Origin: Eledone cirrhosa | Taxonomy: Eukaryota | Assembly (NCBI GenBank): GCA_964016885.1 | Contig: OZ024755.1 | Location: forward strand, 10,850,001-10,914,000 | Direction: 5' to 3' | DNA length: 64,000 nucleotides | Shown: positions 1 to 13,841 of the stretch, piece after piece | How positions within the stretch are numbered: the first letter of the stretch is position 1 | How the letters are laid out: each line of letters begins with the position of its first letter | The notes under the pieces: generated by a model | Told to the model about the DNA's origin: nothing | Seen by the model: the letters and a program-made list of their open reading frames with translations, nothing else | Database searches by the model: none | Program-made: the position numbers and the translations under genes

Positions 1-94
1 AGCTAACTGAAGCAATGTTAAAAGAGTTGTTTTATCTTGTCATTGTTTTGGTGGTACAATATACCTGGGAAAGCTGCATGAAAACATGAATTAT

Positions 95-345
95 ACCAGC
101 ACGTTGGGTCCTTGAACACGTTGCTTCAGGTCACTCAGCTGGAAGAAATTTCTTGTGCCTGCAATTAAAAAGGTCCAACTTTGTCACACACTATTCTATG
201 TCACGCAGAAACTCTGAAAACTACGTTAATGTTACACGTATCTGTGGAATGCTCAACTAATAGTATGCTAAATTCACGAGGAGGCAGTTTTGTAGTGTGT
301 AACAACTAATAAATTGGTCAGTCATCAAAATAGACGGAGGTCCAA
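95..345 (+). mobile_element. Degenerate tRNA-derived SINE body/tail (CORE-like family)
   Basis: gtccttgaac..acgttgct..cactcagctgg..ttgtcacac..ctgtggaatgctca; the same blocks recur at 8410-8660, 10170-10330 (minus) and 60740-60915; ends in a CA tract. Confidence 0.6.
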
Positions 346-854
346 TACACGTACACACACACACACAAACACGCACATACAGACACAAACATATTCATTA
401 GACTAGAGAGAAACCAACGCACACACATACATACACACACACAGCCATCAGTTTAGTTGGGGGGTCAAATACACACACACATACACATACACACATACAC
501 ACATACACACAAACACACATGCACTTGTACTCACACATAGTCATCATAGATGGAGGTCCAATACACACACGCGCCCAAAAAGACGCATATAGAGTCACAC
601 ACATAATGTGAGATATGCGTTACAAGAAACTTCCGGTGATTTGCTCCCGACATAAGAAGTTCATTAGAGCCATAGATAGACGGCTTGCTCGTGTCATTCA
701 GACGCTAGAAGCTGTCTCCACTGCGATTCACTGGATGATGGTTCACCATAATTGGTCATACATTCTATCATCAGAATCTATAGCCATATTGATGTATGTG
801 AATATGACAAATGCCTCACAAACACACATACACACACACAAACACACATATATG

Positions 855-918
<64 letters not shown>

Positions 919-979
919 TATATATATATATACATGTGTGTGTAAATGAATGTATACCTGCATACAGACGGTCAGAAGA

Positions 980-1057
<78 letters not shown>

Positions 1058-1484
1058 GCTGCAAAGGTCATGGGAATTGCTATTCCTCCGTTATTATATA
1101 ATGATTTGTACATATATATACATAATATATACATACATATATACGTGTGTCTTTTGTGTGCGTATATAAGTGTGTGTAGTAGGTGGACCCTTTTATTGGA
1201 AATAGTCTGTATTCATTGAAATCGGCAAAGATGTGACATTTCTGATAAATGTTTGTGTATTTCAACAAATACAACTTAACTATCCATCAATGCAGTCGTG
1301 TGGTGGAGTGAGACCAGATTGGTGTAAATGACGGTGGGGCGGAAATAGAGGAGAAAGATGAGGCAGTGAGAGAGAAAGAGTGTATGTGTGTGTATGTGTG
1401 TGTGTGTAAGGTGGTGTGTCCGAAAGGAAGGAGTGAAAGAGAAGGTAAAGAAAATGATGGCCTGGCGGAAATGAAGGAAAGTGA

Positions 1485-1531
1485 TGAGAGAGAGCGAACA
1501 AGAGAGAGAGAGGGGGAGCAAGAGAGAGAGT

Positions 1532-1579
<48 letters not shown>

Positions 1580-1812
1580 AAGAGAGAGAGAGGGGGAGCA
1601 AGAGAGAGAGTGAAAGAGAGAGAGAGAGAGAGAGAGAGCGAGCAAGAGAGAGAGAGAGGGGGAGCAAGAGAGAGAGTGAAAGAGAGAGAGAGAGAGAGCG
1701 AGCAAGAGAGAGAGAGGGGGAGCAAGAGAGAGAGTGAAAGAGAGAGAGAGAGAGAGAGCAAGAGAGAGAGGGGGGAGCAAGAGAGAGAGTGAAAGCGAGA
1801 GAGCGAGAGTGA
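1485..1812. repeat. (GA)n compound microsatellite with a recurring gcaagagagagagggggagcaagagagagagtgaaa unit
   Basis: Read directly; explains the LSLS/ERER ORFs at 1276-2115. Confidence 0.9.
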
Positions 1813-2204
1813 AAGGAGAAAGAAATAATATGAATAATGAAAAAGACAAAGAAACAAGAAAGAAGAGAAAGAGTTATAGATAGAAATGTTATGTGTCAGG
1901 CGCTTAATTATAATTGTAGCTCGTAAGATGGCGCTTCTTATCCAGTGACGTGTCAACATTGCACCGTATGATTTAAAGACATTAAATGACTGGTTTTGAT
2001 AAATCTCTCTCTCCCTCCCCCTCTCTCTCTCTCTATCTCTCTCCCTCTCTCTAGTTTGATTCACACTCTCCCTCTTTCGATCTACATTTGTCCTTTCTAT
2101 CAATAAACATTCCACTGTTTCATTGTCTCCGTTCTCTCTTTCTAATATTTATATATATATATATTTATATATATATACATATATACATATATCTATCCAT
2201 ATAC

Positions 2205-2242
<38 letters not shown>

Positions 2243-2312
2243 TATGTATATTATATATATTAGATATGTTATATATGTATTATACTATATATATATATAC
2301 ATATATCTATCT

Positions 2313-2357
<45 letters not shown>

Positions 2358-3053
2358 TAGACCCCCACCCACACATATAAATTTATATTATATATATATA
2401 TACATCATACATCGATTCCCCCCCCCCCACACACACACACGCGCACACACACATATATATATACACACATACATAAGCAGTGTACACTCTACTTACACAA
2501 TGGCATCGATATACATTTGTGTCTATTATATCTATTTATATTTGTGAGTGTACATAAGTATGTGTCTTTGTACACAACATACTACATTTATATACATGTC
2601 TGTGTATGTGGTCTGTCTGTCTGTCTGTGTGAGCTGCCTATTGCTATTGAAATATATATAAATGGAGTAACTAAACGAACTCCATGAATTGTCGATATCT
2701 GTCTAGACATTGTTGGCTTATCTTGTTAGCAGCGTGTAAATGGAATCGGATACAAATGATTAGATCTCTGTAGGGACGTGTGACCAGTATATTGGTGTCG
2801 TGGATAGTACCGTGGCGTTGTCCTGTTGTGGTGCCGTCATGGTGCGGTTGTGGTGCGTTAAGCTGCTCCAAGCAAGCAAGTAGAATTCTTCCTTACAGAT
2901 TCGATCGTTTCCCTCGTGAGTCATATCAATGATTTGTTGTTTCACACAGCAGCCTGCAATTTCCGGCCGTAAGTCGATAGCCAACTCTTATCTTTATACT
3001 ATACAAATGCGTATCTGTCTCTCTATAGATATAGATATAGTAATCTCTTATGA

Positions 3054-3140
<87 letters not shown>

Positions 3141-4003
3141 ATGCATATATATGTAAATATATGTATATAAAAGGAAATGTGTATTTAAATCTTTTTATTT
3201 ATAAACAATTGTATATGCATGTGTGTGTGTATATATATATATATAAATGGTGTGTGTGTGTGTGTGTGTGTGTGTGGCTGAGACCGATGAAATAGCCGAA
3301 TAGATATTTTACTCCAATACAAGAGAATGGTGCTGTTTCACAGCTGGAGGCTTTGCTACGTAATGATACAGAAATCAGTTCTTTCTGCTTTAGAAAAGAC
3401 TAAGCTATATTTATTTAATCCTTTATAGAACCATTTTACTCTTTCATGACACCATTTCTATTGAAAATCCTTCTATTTCCAATAATCAATTAGATATTTT
3501 GAGAGACTTACTAAAATGATTCATTATTTCTACACTTAGATAGGAATTCAAATTATGGTTCTCGTGAAATTTTCTCAAAAGAATTTAATTTGAACAAGAT
3601 CCCTTTGAAATAGGTGATTTTTAGTTTTTCTTTTTTTTCTTTTTGCTCTTTCATAGAAACATACCCGACTCTAGCCGGGTTAGTATCAAAAGTAGAAAAA
3701 ATGTATTTATATAATTTACGTTAACACGGGAATGATGAAATATAAATTGACCTCGATGGAATACGAACTCGAAACCTAAAATGATGTAAATAAAACCTGC
3801 TGGCACTTCCCCCGTCATTTCTGCTAATATACCGACTAAGTTTCTACTCAAATATTAACGAGATGTGATTTATGATTAACATTCTCAATATCAATTTCAT
3901 CCCGTCAGGGTGGGCTTGCAAGTATTAAAGCTAGCAGCTCTCTTGCTAAAACTGAACTATAGAAGAAAAATATATTTCAGTGGTAGACGAACTAATAGGA
4001 AGG

Positions 4004-4082
4004 TACGAACGTCGGCTGAAAATGAAAAGTTCATATGCTAACGGAATGACCAAATGAGGTTTATTTTTCAACATAGTCCCTG
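4004..4082 (+). mobile_element. Possible mariner-type transposon terminal fragment
   Basis: tacga..ggctgaaa..aaaagttcatatgctaac...ttatttttcaacatagtccc resembles recalled mariner 5' end sequences; no partner end found. Confidence 0.3.
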
Positions 4083-4369
4083 GAAAGAAGCAATGTATTA
4101 TACTTACATAGTCACTAAATGTTTAGAAGGCTTTAGTGACAATGTAAGTATAATACTTGTTCTGCCTCTATCTCTATATTTTTTATCCTAATTAGATTGT
4201 TCTCTGCAAAATATTAGATACGTGGTTTCCTATGATATTGGAGGTGTGCAAAACTCTCTGGTCTTGGATATTTAACTCTAATTCTCTCATAGAGCTATTA
4301 TAGAGCCGCATGATCGATATATATTATATATTGATCTCTTTTGATATATATATTATATATATATATATT

Positions 4370-4479
<110 letters not shown>

Positions 4480-4729
4480 ACCAGGCCTTTGCAATATATT
4501 GAGATAGTATCGTGATAATAAATTCGACATAATTTGTTAACCAACCTTGTATATATTCGTTAGCCCTTTCTTTTTTTCATTTTGTCTTCGATAATCTCAC
4601 AATGCGGTTGATGTTGACATAGACTAATCTTCTAGTATTGAAACAATGAAATACAATCTGAACTAAGACAGTTAACCTTAATTGCATCAATTTACCGAGC
4701 AGTAAATCAATGTCATTATATGACATTTG

Positions 4730-4869
4730 CCATGTTGTCAAGTATAGTTACGTCCCTTTACGGTCTGAGTTCAAATCCCGTCGAGGTTAACTTTGCCTTA
4801 CCAGGTCGATCAAATAAAGTACCAGTAATGCACTGTGTAATTGCCGGCCTTGTGCCAAAAGTAGAAATA
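4730..4869 (+). mobile_element. 5'-truncated tRNA-derived SINE (family A) with 15-bp TSD
   Basis: B-box-like ctgagttcaaatccc, body ggttaactttgcctt..gtcgat..aaataaagtaccag, tail ccttgtgccaaaagtagaaa; attatatgacatttg duplicated at 4715-4729 and 4870-4884. Confidence 0.85.
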
Positions 4870-5634
4870 ATTATATGACATTTGTTATTAAGACAAACAT
4901 TTTAAAATCCATTGCTTCCCTATTTTCCTTTGCTAATCTCATATCCTCTTCCTTATGTTGGAATATGTCAGCGATACGATGGCTAGTTTACTCATCCTCC
5001 TTAAAATAAATAGAGATCAAAGTACCCATGAGTGGTTTTTATGACCTAACGAGTTTATGGGCTGGCTTACAATAAGGTTATACACAAGCTAGATTCGTAT
5101 AGAATTCTGCCTATGTTTATAAGATTATGAAACTCATTTGCATATTGGAGTGGTAGGTGGCCCAGCATAATTTTTTTAAAAATTGTACTGGCGCTAGGTT
5201 ATTTTAGCTTCAGCAAAGGCAGGGAGATATGTAGTCTTGATAACCATTAAATAAGTCAGAAACGGTGGCATCGTCGATTACTTCCTCCTGATTTTGCTGG
5301 AGCTAGGTATGTGGCGATCATCACAGCCTTAAAATTCATAGCGAAAGGCCTTCCAAGCGTTTTTCATAAACTTCCCGCATATTATTAAATATGCAATACT
5401 TATATGTATATATGTATATATGAATGTACGTATGTGTGTGTGTTTTATCTCCGGTTTATAATTTTTTCTCTTACTTCTCTTTTTCTATCTCACTCACACA
5501 CTATCTTGCTCTCTTTCTTTGAAATTCACAGCCTACAACTATGCATGTCTAGCTGGCCTTCAATAAGCTTGCAGCACATAATCTTTTTTTCTCGTGTTTT
5601 AATGATATGGACCCACTCCATTACAGAATACCAA

Positions 5635-5708
5635 CATGAAATTAACCATCTGCCAAGTCTAGGAATCGAACACCCGACCTCATCCACACTATCCACTCAG
5701 CCACATGC
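5635..5708 (-). mobile_element. tRNA-derived SINE head fragment
   Basis: ggaatcgaacac (antisense B box) followed by ccactcagccac (antisense A-box region). Confidence 0.45.
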
Positions 5709-6098
5709 CACGCACACACATACACACACACACTCGACCTCTCTCTCTCTCTCATTCCTTCTCTTTCTTTCTTTCTTTTTCTCTCTCACTATCTATCTGT
5801 CGCCCCTATTTCGTTGTCTTATTGTTGTTTTTTAAAATGCTACGCTGCTGATTGACATAAGCTTAAACATTAAAAATAGACTGAAGGTATTTGTTAGGAG
5901 AAAGCCATTGATCAGAATGTGTGTATTTATATATTTATATGTTTGTATATTCATATATTTATATATTTAAACAGCATTGCTAATACATCCGGCTGTTGTA
6001 CATTTAGTTCGTAATATGTCTGGCACACAGCAACCAGAGAATCAACTGCAGTCTGTTTGCACCTCTTTAAAATATTAGCTTTTTCCCTCTCTCACTCT

Positions 6099-6171
<73 letters not shown>

Positions 6172-6208
6172 TATATATATAAACATACACACAAGCTCAC
6201 ACACGCGC

Positions 6209-6273
<65 letters not shown>

Positions 6274-6355
6274 ATGAATAAAATATCCAGGGTTTAATTA
6301 CATTATTTAATATATATATTTAATATATATATATTTAATTACATTATTTAATATA

Positions 6356-6458
6356 ATCCCGCCAAGGTTAACTTTGCCTTTCATCCTTACGGGGTCAATA
6401 AAATAAAGTACCAGTAATGCACTGGTTAATTGCTGGCCTTGTGCCAAAAGTAGAATCA
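6356..6458 (+). mobile_element. 5'-truncated SINE (family A) with 13-bp TSD
   Basis: gcctttcatccttacggggtcaataaaataaagtaccag core plus tail; attatttaatata at 6343-6355 and 6459-6471. Confidence 0.85.
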
Positions 6459-6479
6459 ATTATTTAATATATATATTAA

Positions 6480-7030
6480 CAATACCATACGCCACACCAA
6501 CACTACTATATGCCACACTAACACTCCCAATCATTCTATACACCACACTAACTATCCCAATTATACTATACACCACACCAACACTGCTATTTGCCACACT
6601 AACTATCCCAATTATACTATACACCACACCAACACTGCTATTTGCCACACTAACTCTCCCAATTATACTATACACCACACCAACACTGCTATTAGCCACA
6701 CTAACTCTCCCAATTATACTATACACCACATCAACACTGCTATTTGCCACACTAACACTCCCAATTATACTATACACCACATCAACACTACCAGTACTAC
6801 AATACTCTCCCAATATCATAATTCACCGCAACAATACTACCATACACCATACCAAAATCTCTAATACTATCATACACCACTATAATACTACTATATACCA
6901 CATTAATACTACCATACGCCTCACTAATACTACCATACGCCACACTAAGACTCCTAATACTATTATGTGTCACTATAACACTACTATATACCACATTAAT
7001 ACTACTATACACCACACCACTACTAGCTTA
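6480..7030. repeat. 51-bp minisatellite decaying into ~21-bp subunits
   Basis: Unit ccacaccaacactgctatttgccacactaactatcccaattatactataca; 17-aa periodicity (VVYSIIGRVSVANSSVG) in ORF 6460..6819. Confidence 0.85.
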
Positions 7031-7329
7031 CGTCACATTAACATTATCATACATCATATGCTAGTAGCCGTAATGTTAACCCATCGATTAGTTTATTTTT
7101 ATCATCGTCTGCCTTTAATCTATTTCCTATTACCTTTCCTGTAGTTATCTGATGTTCTCAGGACCTTTTCTGATTTCGTACTCAGAAGACTTCGTTTGTT
7201 TCCTCATGCACTTCAATAATTTTCTTTGAAGCATAACTAGATCAAATTGGTCCATAATCTTCGTCTAGAATTATGTAGTTTAATATAATTAGTCTGCTAA
7301 CCAAATAATCCAAGACGTCTGTGTGTGCG

Positions 7330-7400
<71 letters not shown>

Positions 7401-8289
7401 TTTTGTGTGGAAGTGAATGTGTGTTTATGTGTGTGTGTGAGATAGATAGATAGATAGATAGAGGAGAGAGAGAGAGATGGCGGTGCTTATAGTTAACATA
7501 TTTAAATGTAAATAACAACACTAATAATAAATTGATATAATCACTATGCTAAGAGTAAAAGTTAAGACATGAGTGTGCGAGTGCGAGAATATGATACAGG
7601 TATAATTATCAGTATATTTAAATATAAAAAACAAGACTAGTAATAATGATTTAATATAATCACTATACTAACTGAATAGGTCAAGATGCGTATGTGTATG
7701 TGTAGATATGTGTGAGTGTATGTGTACATATATGTGAGTTTATGTGTATATATGTGTGAGCATATTTTATATATGTACGAATTTATGTGTATATCTGTGA
7801 GTGTATGCGTATATGTATGTGAGTGTATGCGTATATATGCGTCACCTTATGATTATATGTGTGTGAGCCTATATCTATGGGTGTGTGTGTATGCGTGTGA
7901 GTGTATGTGTATGTATGTGTATGAATAGGTGTATGTGTGTGAATGTATGTGTACGTGTCTGGAGGTAGTGTATGTAAGTGTGTGTAACTGAGTTTTATAA
8001 CATTTTCAAGATATTTACATGTAAATAACATAATAGAAGTAATAAATATTTTATTTTGTTACACGGGCAAACAATTCTTAATTGGTTCCTATGTAACAGA
8101 TATCCTCTGTCTAATTCCAGTACATCATAAATGTCTGCGGAATAAAAAAAGTGTAACGTAAAACCTGTTTTCAGTCAAGTGACACGAAAAGAAAAATATA
8201 GAAAAATATTATTAAAATATGAAAATAGTACAGATATAAAATAAATCAATGTAATATGGCCATATACATGTATTCTCTCTCTCTCTCTC

Positions 8290-8338
<49 letters not shown>

Positions 8339-8409
8339 TCTCTTCCCTTCTCTCTATCTCTATTCATCTATCTATCTCTCATTCGATGTGTCTTTGTGTG
8401 AGTGTGAAG

Positions 8410-8660
8410 ATGTGTGATTTAGTGGTCATGTGTTGGTTTCTCGATCGTAAGGTTGTGTATTAGGTTCAGAGACGTGTGTCTTTGAGCAAGACATTTCATT
8501 TCACGTCGTTACAGTCCTCTCAGTTGGAAGAAAATTCGTTCTACCTGTAATTCAAAATAGGCAGTTTTGCCATACACTAGGTCACACTGAATGCTCAGTC
8601 ACTTGCATGTTAATTTCACGTGCAGATTGTACCGCTGATCAAACAACAGTAACACTTGTC
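8410..8660 (+). mobile_element. tRNA-derived CORE-like SINE
   Basis: Head tttagtggtca..tcgatcgtaaggttgtg, core gtgtctttgagcaagacatttcatttcacgtcgttacagtcctctcagttgg, tail shared with 95-345. Confidence 0.7.
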
Positions 8661-10002
8661 CTCATACTTCAAATTACACCCTATAATCCTTGTAAAATGG
8701 ATAATGTAGTCTTACAGACACAAGATACCGGATACTGACGGCTGGATCCTCATTGATCCTCTATTTACTTGGTCAAGGATGACTTAGGGTTTAATTGCTA
8801 TAGCAACAACAACTGTCATTGACCTCCGATAAATGAACACAAGAATAACAAAGCTCCTGTGCTATATACAAGGTTCTATTGATTCTAGCAGAGATTAATG
8901 ATGATAATAATGTTTTCTAATATAGGCACATGGCCAGTGATTTAGGGGCAGTAGAAAGTCTATTATATTGTTTCTGCTTATATATTTTATCAACCTTGGA
9001 AAGTTTAAAGGAAATATTGACCTCAACAGAATTTGAGCAAAGATCTGCTGTTGTTTCTTCATCGCCTTTCCCATCACGATCTCTCTTGCAACTCTCTGTG
9101 TGTCAATATATTACTTAAAAGTGGAATTGGGTAGATGAGAACTGTTTGAAAGCCCTTCAGATAGACTTTACCTATAATTTGTGACTCTGGTGACAAACTA
9201 TGCCAAGTTAATCTCCGTATGCGTTATAAATGCAAACGTGCCCCTAGAATACTCAAACACTTACACGTTTATTCACTAGTTTATCGCGAACTAACGTGTA
9301 AGTTAATCGAACAACTAAATGTTCATCTTCGAGAATGACGGAGGAGTCATTATATCAAATAAATAAATAATGCTACTAACAGAATAATGCTGGGACAATA
9401 TAAGACAATATAAAAGCAAGATAAAACCACATTAAATTTTATGAACAGCAAAATATTAAATGAATATCCGAAGTCTGATGTTTATGAGTGATGTACTTCA
9501 GGGAATTTCTACGTAATTAATAGTTGAGCGGTATTTTGTCTTTATTGCCGTTAATGCTAAAAAATGAAGACTGAAATGGTTGTGTCTGTTATATATTGAA
9601 TCATCACTGTATTGTGTTTTCTCTCATGCATCATAAATATATTCGTTTTAATGTTGATGTTGTTGTTGCTGCTGTATCAATATCTGGATTCTTTGTTATT
9701 TATTCTTTGAGTACAAAAGCGAGGTTCTGCGGTGTTTTGGCAATTTAAGTGACCTTGCGGGCTCAAGACGGAGCCCTTTATAAAAGCCCTTTAGATTTAG
9801 ACTTTATTTATAACAATTTTATTCAAACCATTCTCTTTTCTTCAACACGCTATTCAATTCCTGTTGTTCTTCAAATTTCTCAATAAACCATTTTACACCT
9901 TATTTCTTTGCTATAGCCATCTCGTCATCATGAATTATAAAAGAAGAATATATTTACCAGGGAAAATGTTGGAGCATTTTTATTCGAAAGACAGTGTGTG
10001 GT

Positions 10003-10082
<80 letters not shown>

Positions 10083-10169
10083 TGTGTTGAGCCTGCGTCG
10101 GTTCCAACGACGGGTATTCCAGTTTTGCGATCGAAATTAACGTTCTCTGCGCGAGTGTTCTACAGAGCC

Positions 10170-10330
10170 GTTTAAACATAACGTAATTCTTTAGGAATTT
10201 CAACCTGACACAGTAAGTTACCAGACTGTCCCTTTGTTGAGTGGACTGAAGCAACGAGAAATAAATCGACTTGCTCAAAAACACAACGCGTCACCGGGAG
10301 TTGATCTCACAACCATACGACCGAGAGTCG
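10170..10330 (-). mobile_element. CORE-like SINE
   Basis: tgagtggactgaagcaacgagaaat..cttgctcaaaaacacaacgcg is the reverse complement of the core at 8475-8525. Confidence 0.7.
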
Positions 10331-10664
10331 CTGTTAATATGGTGACATTGAATTTATATATACAGTGTAATGTCACTGTTGCTACTGCTACATCAGTGTC
10401 CGAGAGATTTTATTTCATCAATATTTCTTCTCTGTGTATAGAGAAGACATTTGACGTTGCGTGACAACAGATGAAACATAATGGACTGAAGTCGGAGTTC
10501 AACAACATGGATTGAATAAGAATTCCTTTAAATTCTGTCTTGGCTTCTTTTGTTTTGTTTTTAACAATATGGAAGGAAATGATAGAAGGAGCTGTCATTG
10601 CTAATTCAGATGGTAGTGAAAACTCTGGTTACACGTTCAGCCACAAAAACCAAACTTTGAAGAT

Positions 10665-10960
10665 AAAATGCAAAGTTGACTTCGGCAGATTTACAACTCA
10701 GACCACAGAAAATCGGAACAAGTACCACGAATTATTATGTCCGACTCTCTACTGCTTATTCGCCACTTCGCATAAAGGAGAAAATTAAATAAAAAACAGA
10801 ATCTGGAATGAGCGAAACCCTCACAAACTTCGAAATTGAAACGACACTTTATCAGCGTTGGAAGAATGAAAGACAAAGTTGAACGTCATTGGATTTGAAG
10901 TCAGACCGCGAAGCATTCAGCCTGAGGTTCTAATAACTCTGCCAATTCACTGTCTGACTT
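10665..10960 (-). mobile_element. Two degenerate family A SINE fragments
   Basis: gcaaagttgacttcggcagattt..aactcaga and gaatgaaagacaaagttgaacgtcattggatttgaagtcagac. Confidence 0.55.
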
Positions 10961-11839
10961 AAGATATACACGCTGCCAAAAAATTGTTTAGAAAATATAA
11001 AATAGCAATATGAAATGAAAGCTGAAAATTGTATAAGAACAGGACAACTGTTAGACTGACTAGTCTTGTTCTGTCCGTTTCATTCTTACATTTAACATAA
11101 CAGCAACTGAATCTACTGACCGCCATATTGTAAAAGCCTTTTGTTGACGACGCAACCGAGCGTTTACTAACAAGTTGTTTCTATATTTTATTAACAATAC
11201 TCATTGTTGTAAATTTAGTGTAATGAACTTTTCATTTTATAATGATTTGTAGTGTATTAGGTTTTGTGTCACGCAACACTTGGTACCCTGAGTCGTACGA
11301 TCAGTCTTGTATTTCGATTTTACGAGAACGATATCTTTTGTGGATGCTTTTTAAATATTTTATGTTTACAACCATGGTCTTAAAACCTCAATCTGAAAAT
11401 ATATTATATTTAGGCAGTGAGCTGATTCGCACTAGTACGTAGTTGTGACAAGTGTATAATTTACTCGTTAGATCAACAAATAATGACACAATTTTTCCAT
11501 TTTCCATAGTAATTTTATATCACATAGAATTAATTCAAAAGATTAAAAAAATGCAACGTTTTAAATGTTTCGGTGTTGAATTACTTATACAATATAAAAT
11601 CTCATAAATATAATTTTTGTCTTGGCTAATATTCATCATTTATTATTTTAGGTTTTTCTGCAGCTATATTCAAATATTAATGTTTGTTTTAATACATTAA
11701 TCGGAAATTCGGCCAACCCAATTTATGAATAGTTAAATATATAATAAATATATATTAGCATTTGAAACTAATAAACTAAGAAAGTCTAAAACATAACTCG
11801 AGCGTATGATATATAAAATGGAGGCTGTTGATATTATTC

Positions 11840-12030
11840 TTTAACCCCAGCTTATCCGTGATTGAACAGATACCTTGCATTCGTAAATAATTCGAATGTT
11901 ATTCATGTATAATATTTCCAAGAATACATTATCTTTGAGTCTTTCCAAGGATAGTATGGTGCTATGTGATTTGAAGTGATGTGGCTACTATTTCAAGCAT
12001 GTCGAGAGATCATAAAAGGCTCCCTCTCGA
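11840..12030 (+). mobile_element. Interspersed repeat (probable SINE tail family)
   Basis: ttaaccccag..gattgaacaga....tggctactatttc..agca; related segments at 44730-44940 (minus), 50780-50940 (minus) and 61580-61770. Confidence 0.45.
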
Positions 12031-12943
12031 TAGGTCGCAATTTCAAGTGATTATACAACGTGAAGGCGAAGAATTATCAGTATTCTTAGAACATTGGATA
12101 GTCCACCTGTTGTCTCTGAAACGAGAGATGAGGCCATAGCAACGTAACCCTTTCCGCGCATGAGGGGGGATAGAGACCAGGCGTTGACTACTGAATGCCA
12201 AATCGTCTAGAGTCGCACCACAACGACTGGCTGCAAGATTTACGGATGTTGTGTGGGTGTGTGTGTCTATATATAAATAAAGAAGAGAAAGAGAACGGAA
12301 ATATGAAGAATTCCAATACCTTTAATTATATGTGAATGAAGTATTTACAATGGATCTTAAAGCCGATCCTTTGCTAGTTTAAGTAGGTGAGAGAGAAAAG
12401 AAATTGAGATTAAAAGAGCGGGATAAAGAAAGAGAGACAAAGTGATAGTTATCTATCTACCTATCTGTCCATCTATCTATCTATATAAATAGATAGATAG
12501 ATAGATAGATATGAAAGAGAGACAGAGAGAGGGTGATGAAATGAAGTTATGGGACCAAGATAAAGACATGGAAAATAGAGAAAATTAACAAAAGAAAGAG
12601 AGGGATTGAATGTCCTTATACGGCATGTGTTTATGTGTGCGTAAGAGAGAGAGATAGAGAGAGAGAGCGTGTGTGTGTGTGTGTGTGTGTTAGGGGGTAT
12701 GATGAAAGACAAAAGTGTGATGGAGAGCAGTGGGAGAAGAAAAAGGGATGTGGAGAGCAAACGAGAAAGAATTGTAAATTAAACACACCTCAACTCTGCA
12801 AGAAAAACAATACATTTTTAATTACTATTATTTCAACACCACATTAGCATGTGTGATTTCACGTGAAGTAAATAAGTTGAGGTTTCCATATTTGCACTGA
12901 ACACATCTATACTACAACACACGCATATTGCAATATTGTATAC

Positions 12944-12976
<33 letters not shown>

Positions 12977-13018
12977 GGTGTAAGTGTGTGCGTATGTATA
13001 TATGTATACATATGTATA

Positions 13019-13071
<53 letters not shown>

Positions 13072-13187
13072 GAAAGTTAGAGTTAATAACTCATACTGAA
13101 ACCCTGTATTTAACAAGCTCAAAGTATAAATACTGAGCATTATAATAATATATGTAGTAAGACACGATTTACTGTGTTTCTTACTAC

Positions 13188-13276
<89 letters not shown>

Positions 13277-13841
13277 ATGTGTGTGTGTGTGTGTGTCTGT
13301 GTGTGTGTATGTGTGTGTGTATATATGTGTGTGTGTGTGTGTGTGTATATATGTATGTGTGTGTGTGTCAGGTTGCTCTCGAGTGCTACTGGTAACATGT
13401 AACCCAGTACTACCTGTCTCATGGTCGGGTCGTCGGCGACTAAGCCGGCAACCCCACCAAGCTTGCTTGGTGAGGAGGGTAATATTTGGACACCCTGCGG
13501 GATGAAATACAAGACCCGGCAAAGGGCGGAGTTACTCAGCAGAGTCAACGGCCATCCAAATAGTACTTTTTTTTTCACCTGGGAGTGAAGAGCCCCCTGT
13601 TGTTGTCACAACACCTTTCTAGGAGAGGGAAACTCTGGGAAAAAAACTGCGGCTTAGGAAGCATCCGATGATGTTGACCAGTTCTCCTTTTCGGGTAGTG
13701 TTTTCGATGCTCAGAGAGTGGGATTCGTCGCGTGAAGGCGTTTCCCCACTTAAAAATCTTCAAAGCACAGGCATCGCTTGTTCAAGCTCTGTTACAGGTT
13801 CGTGTGGCTGGCCGTAGCCTAAAAGTGCACCAAACTCTACG

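Noticed and set aside
2690-2984. QQDNAT motif in ORF 2760..2984, reminiscent of a Tc1/mariner DDE segment
   Set aside because: Only one short motif; no convincing SPDLNP motif or TIRs.
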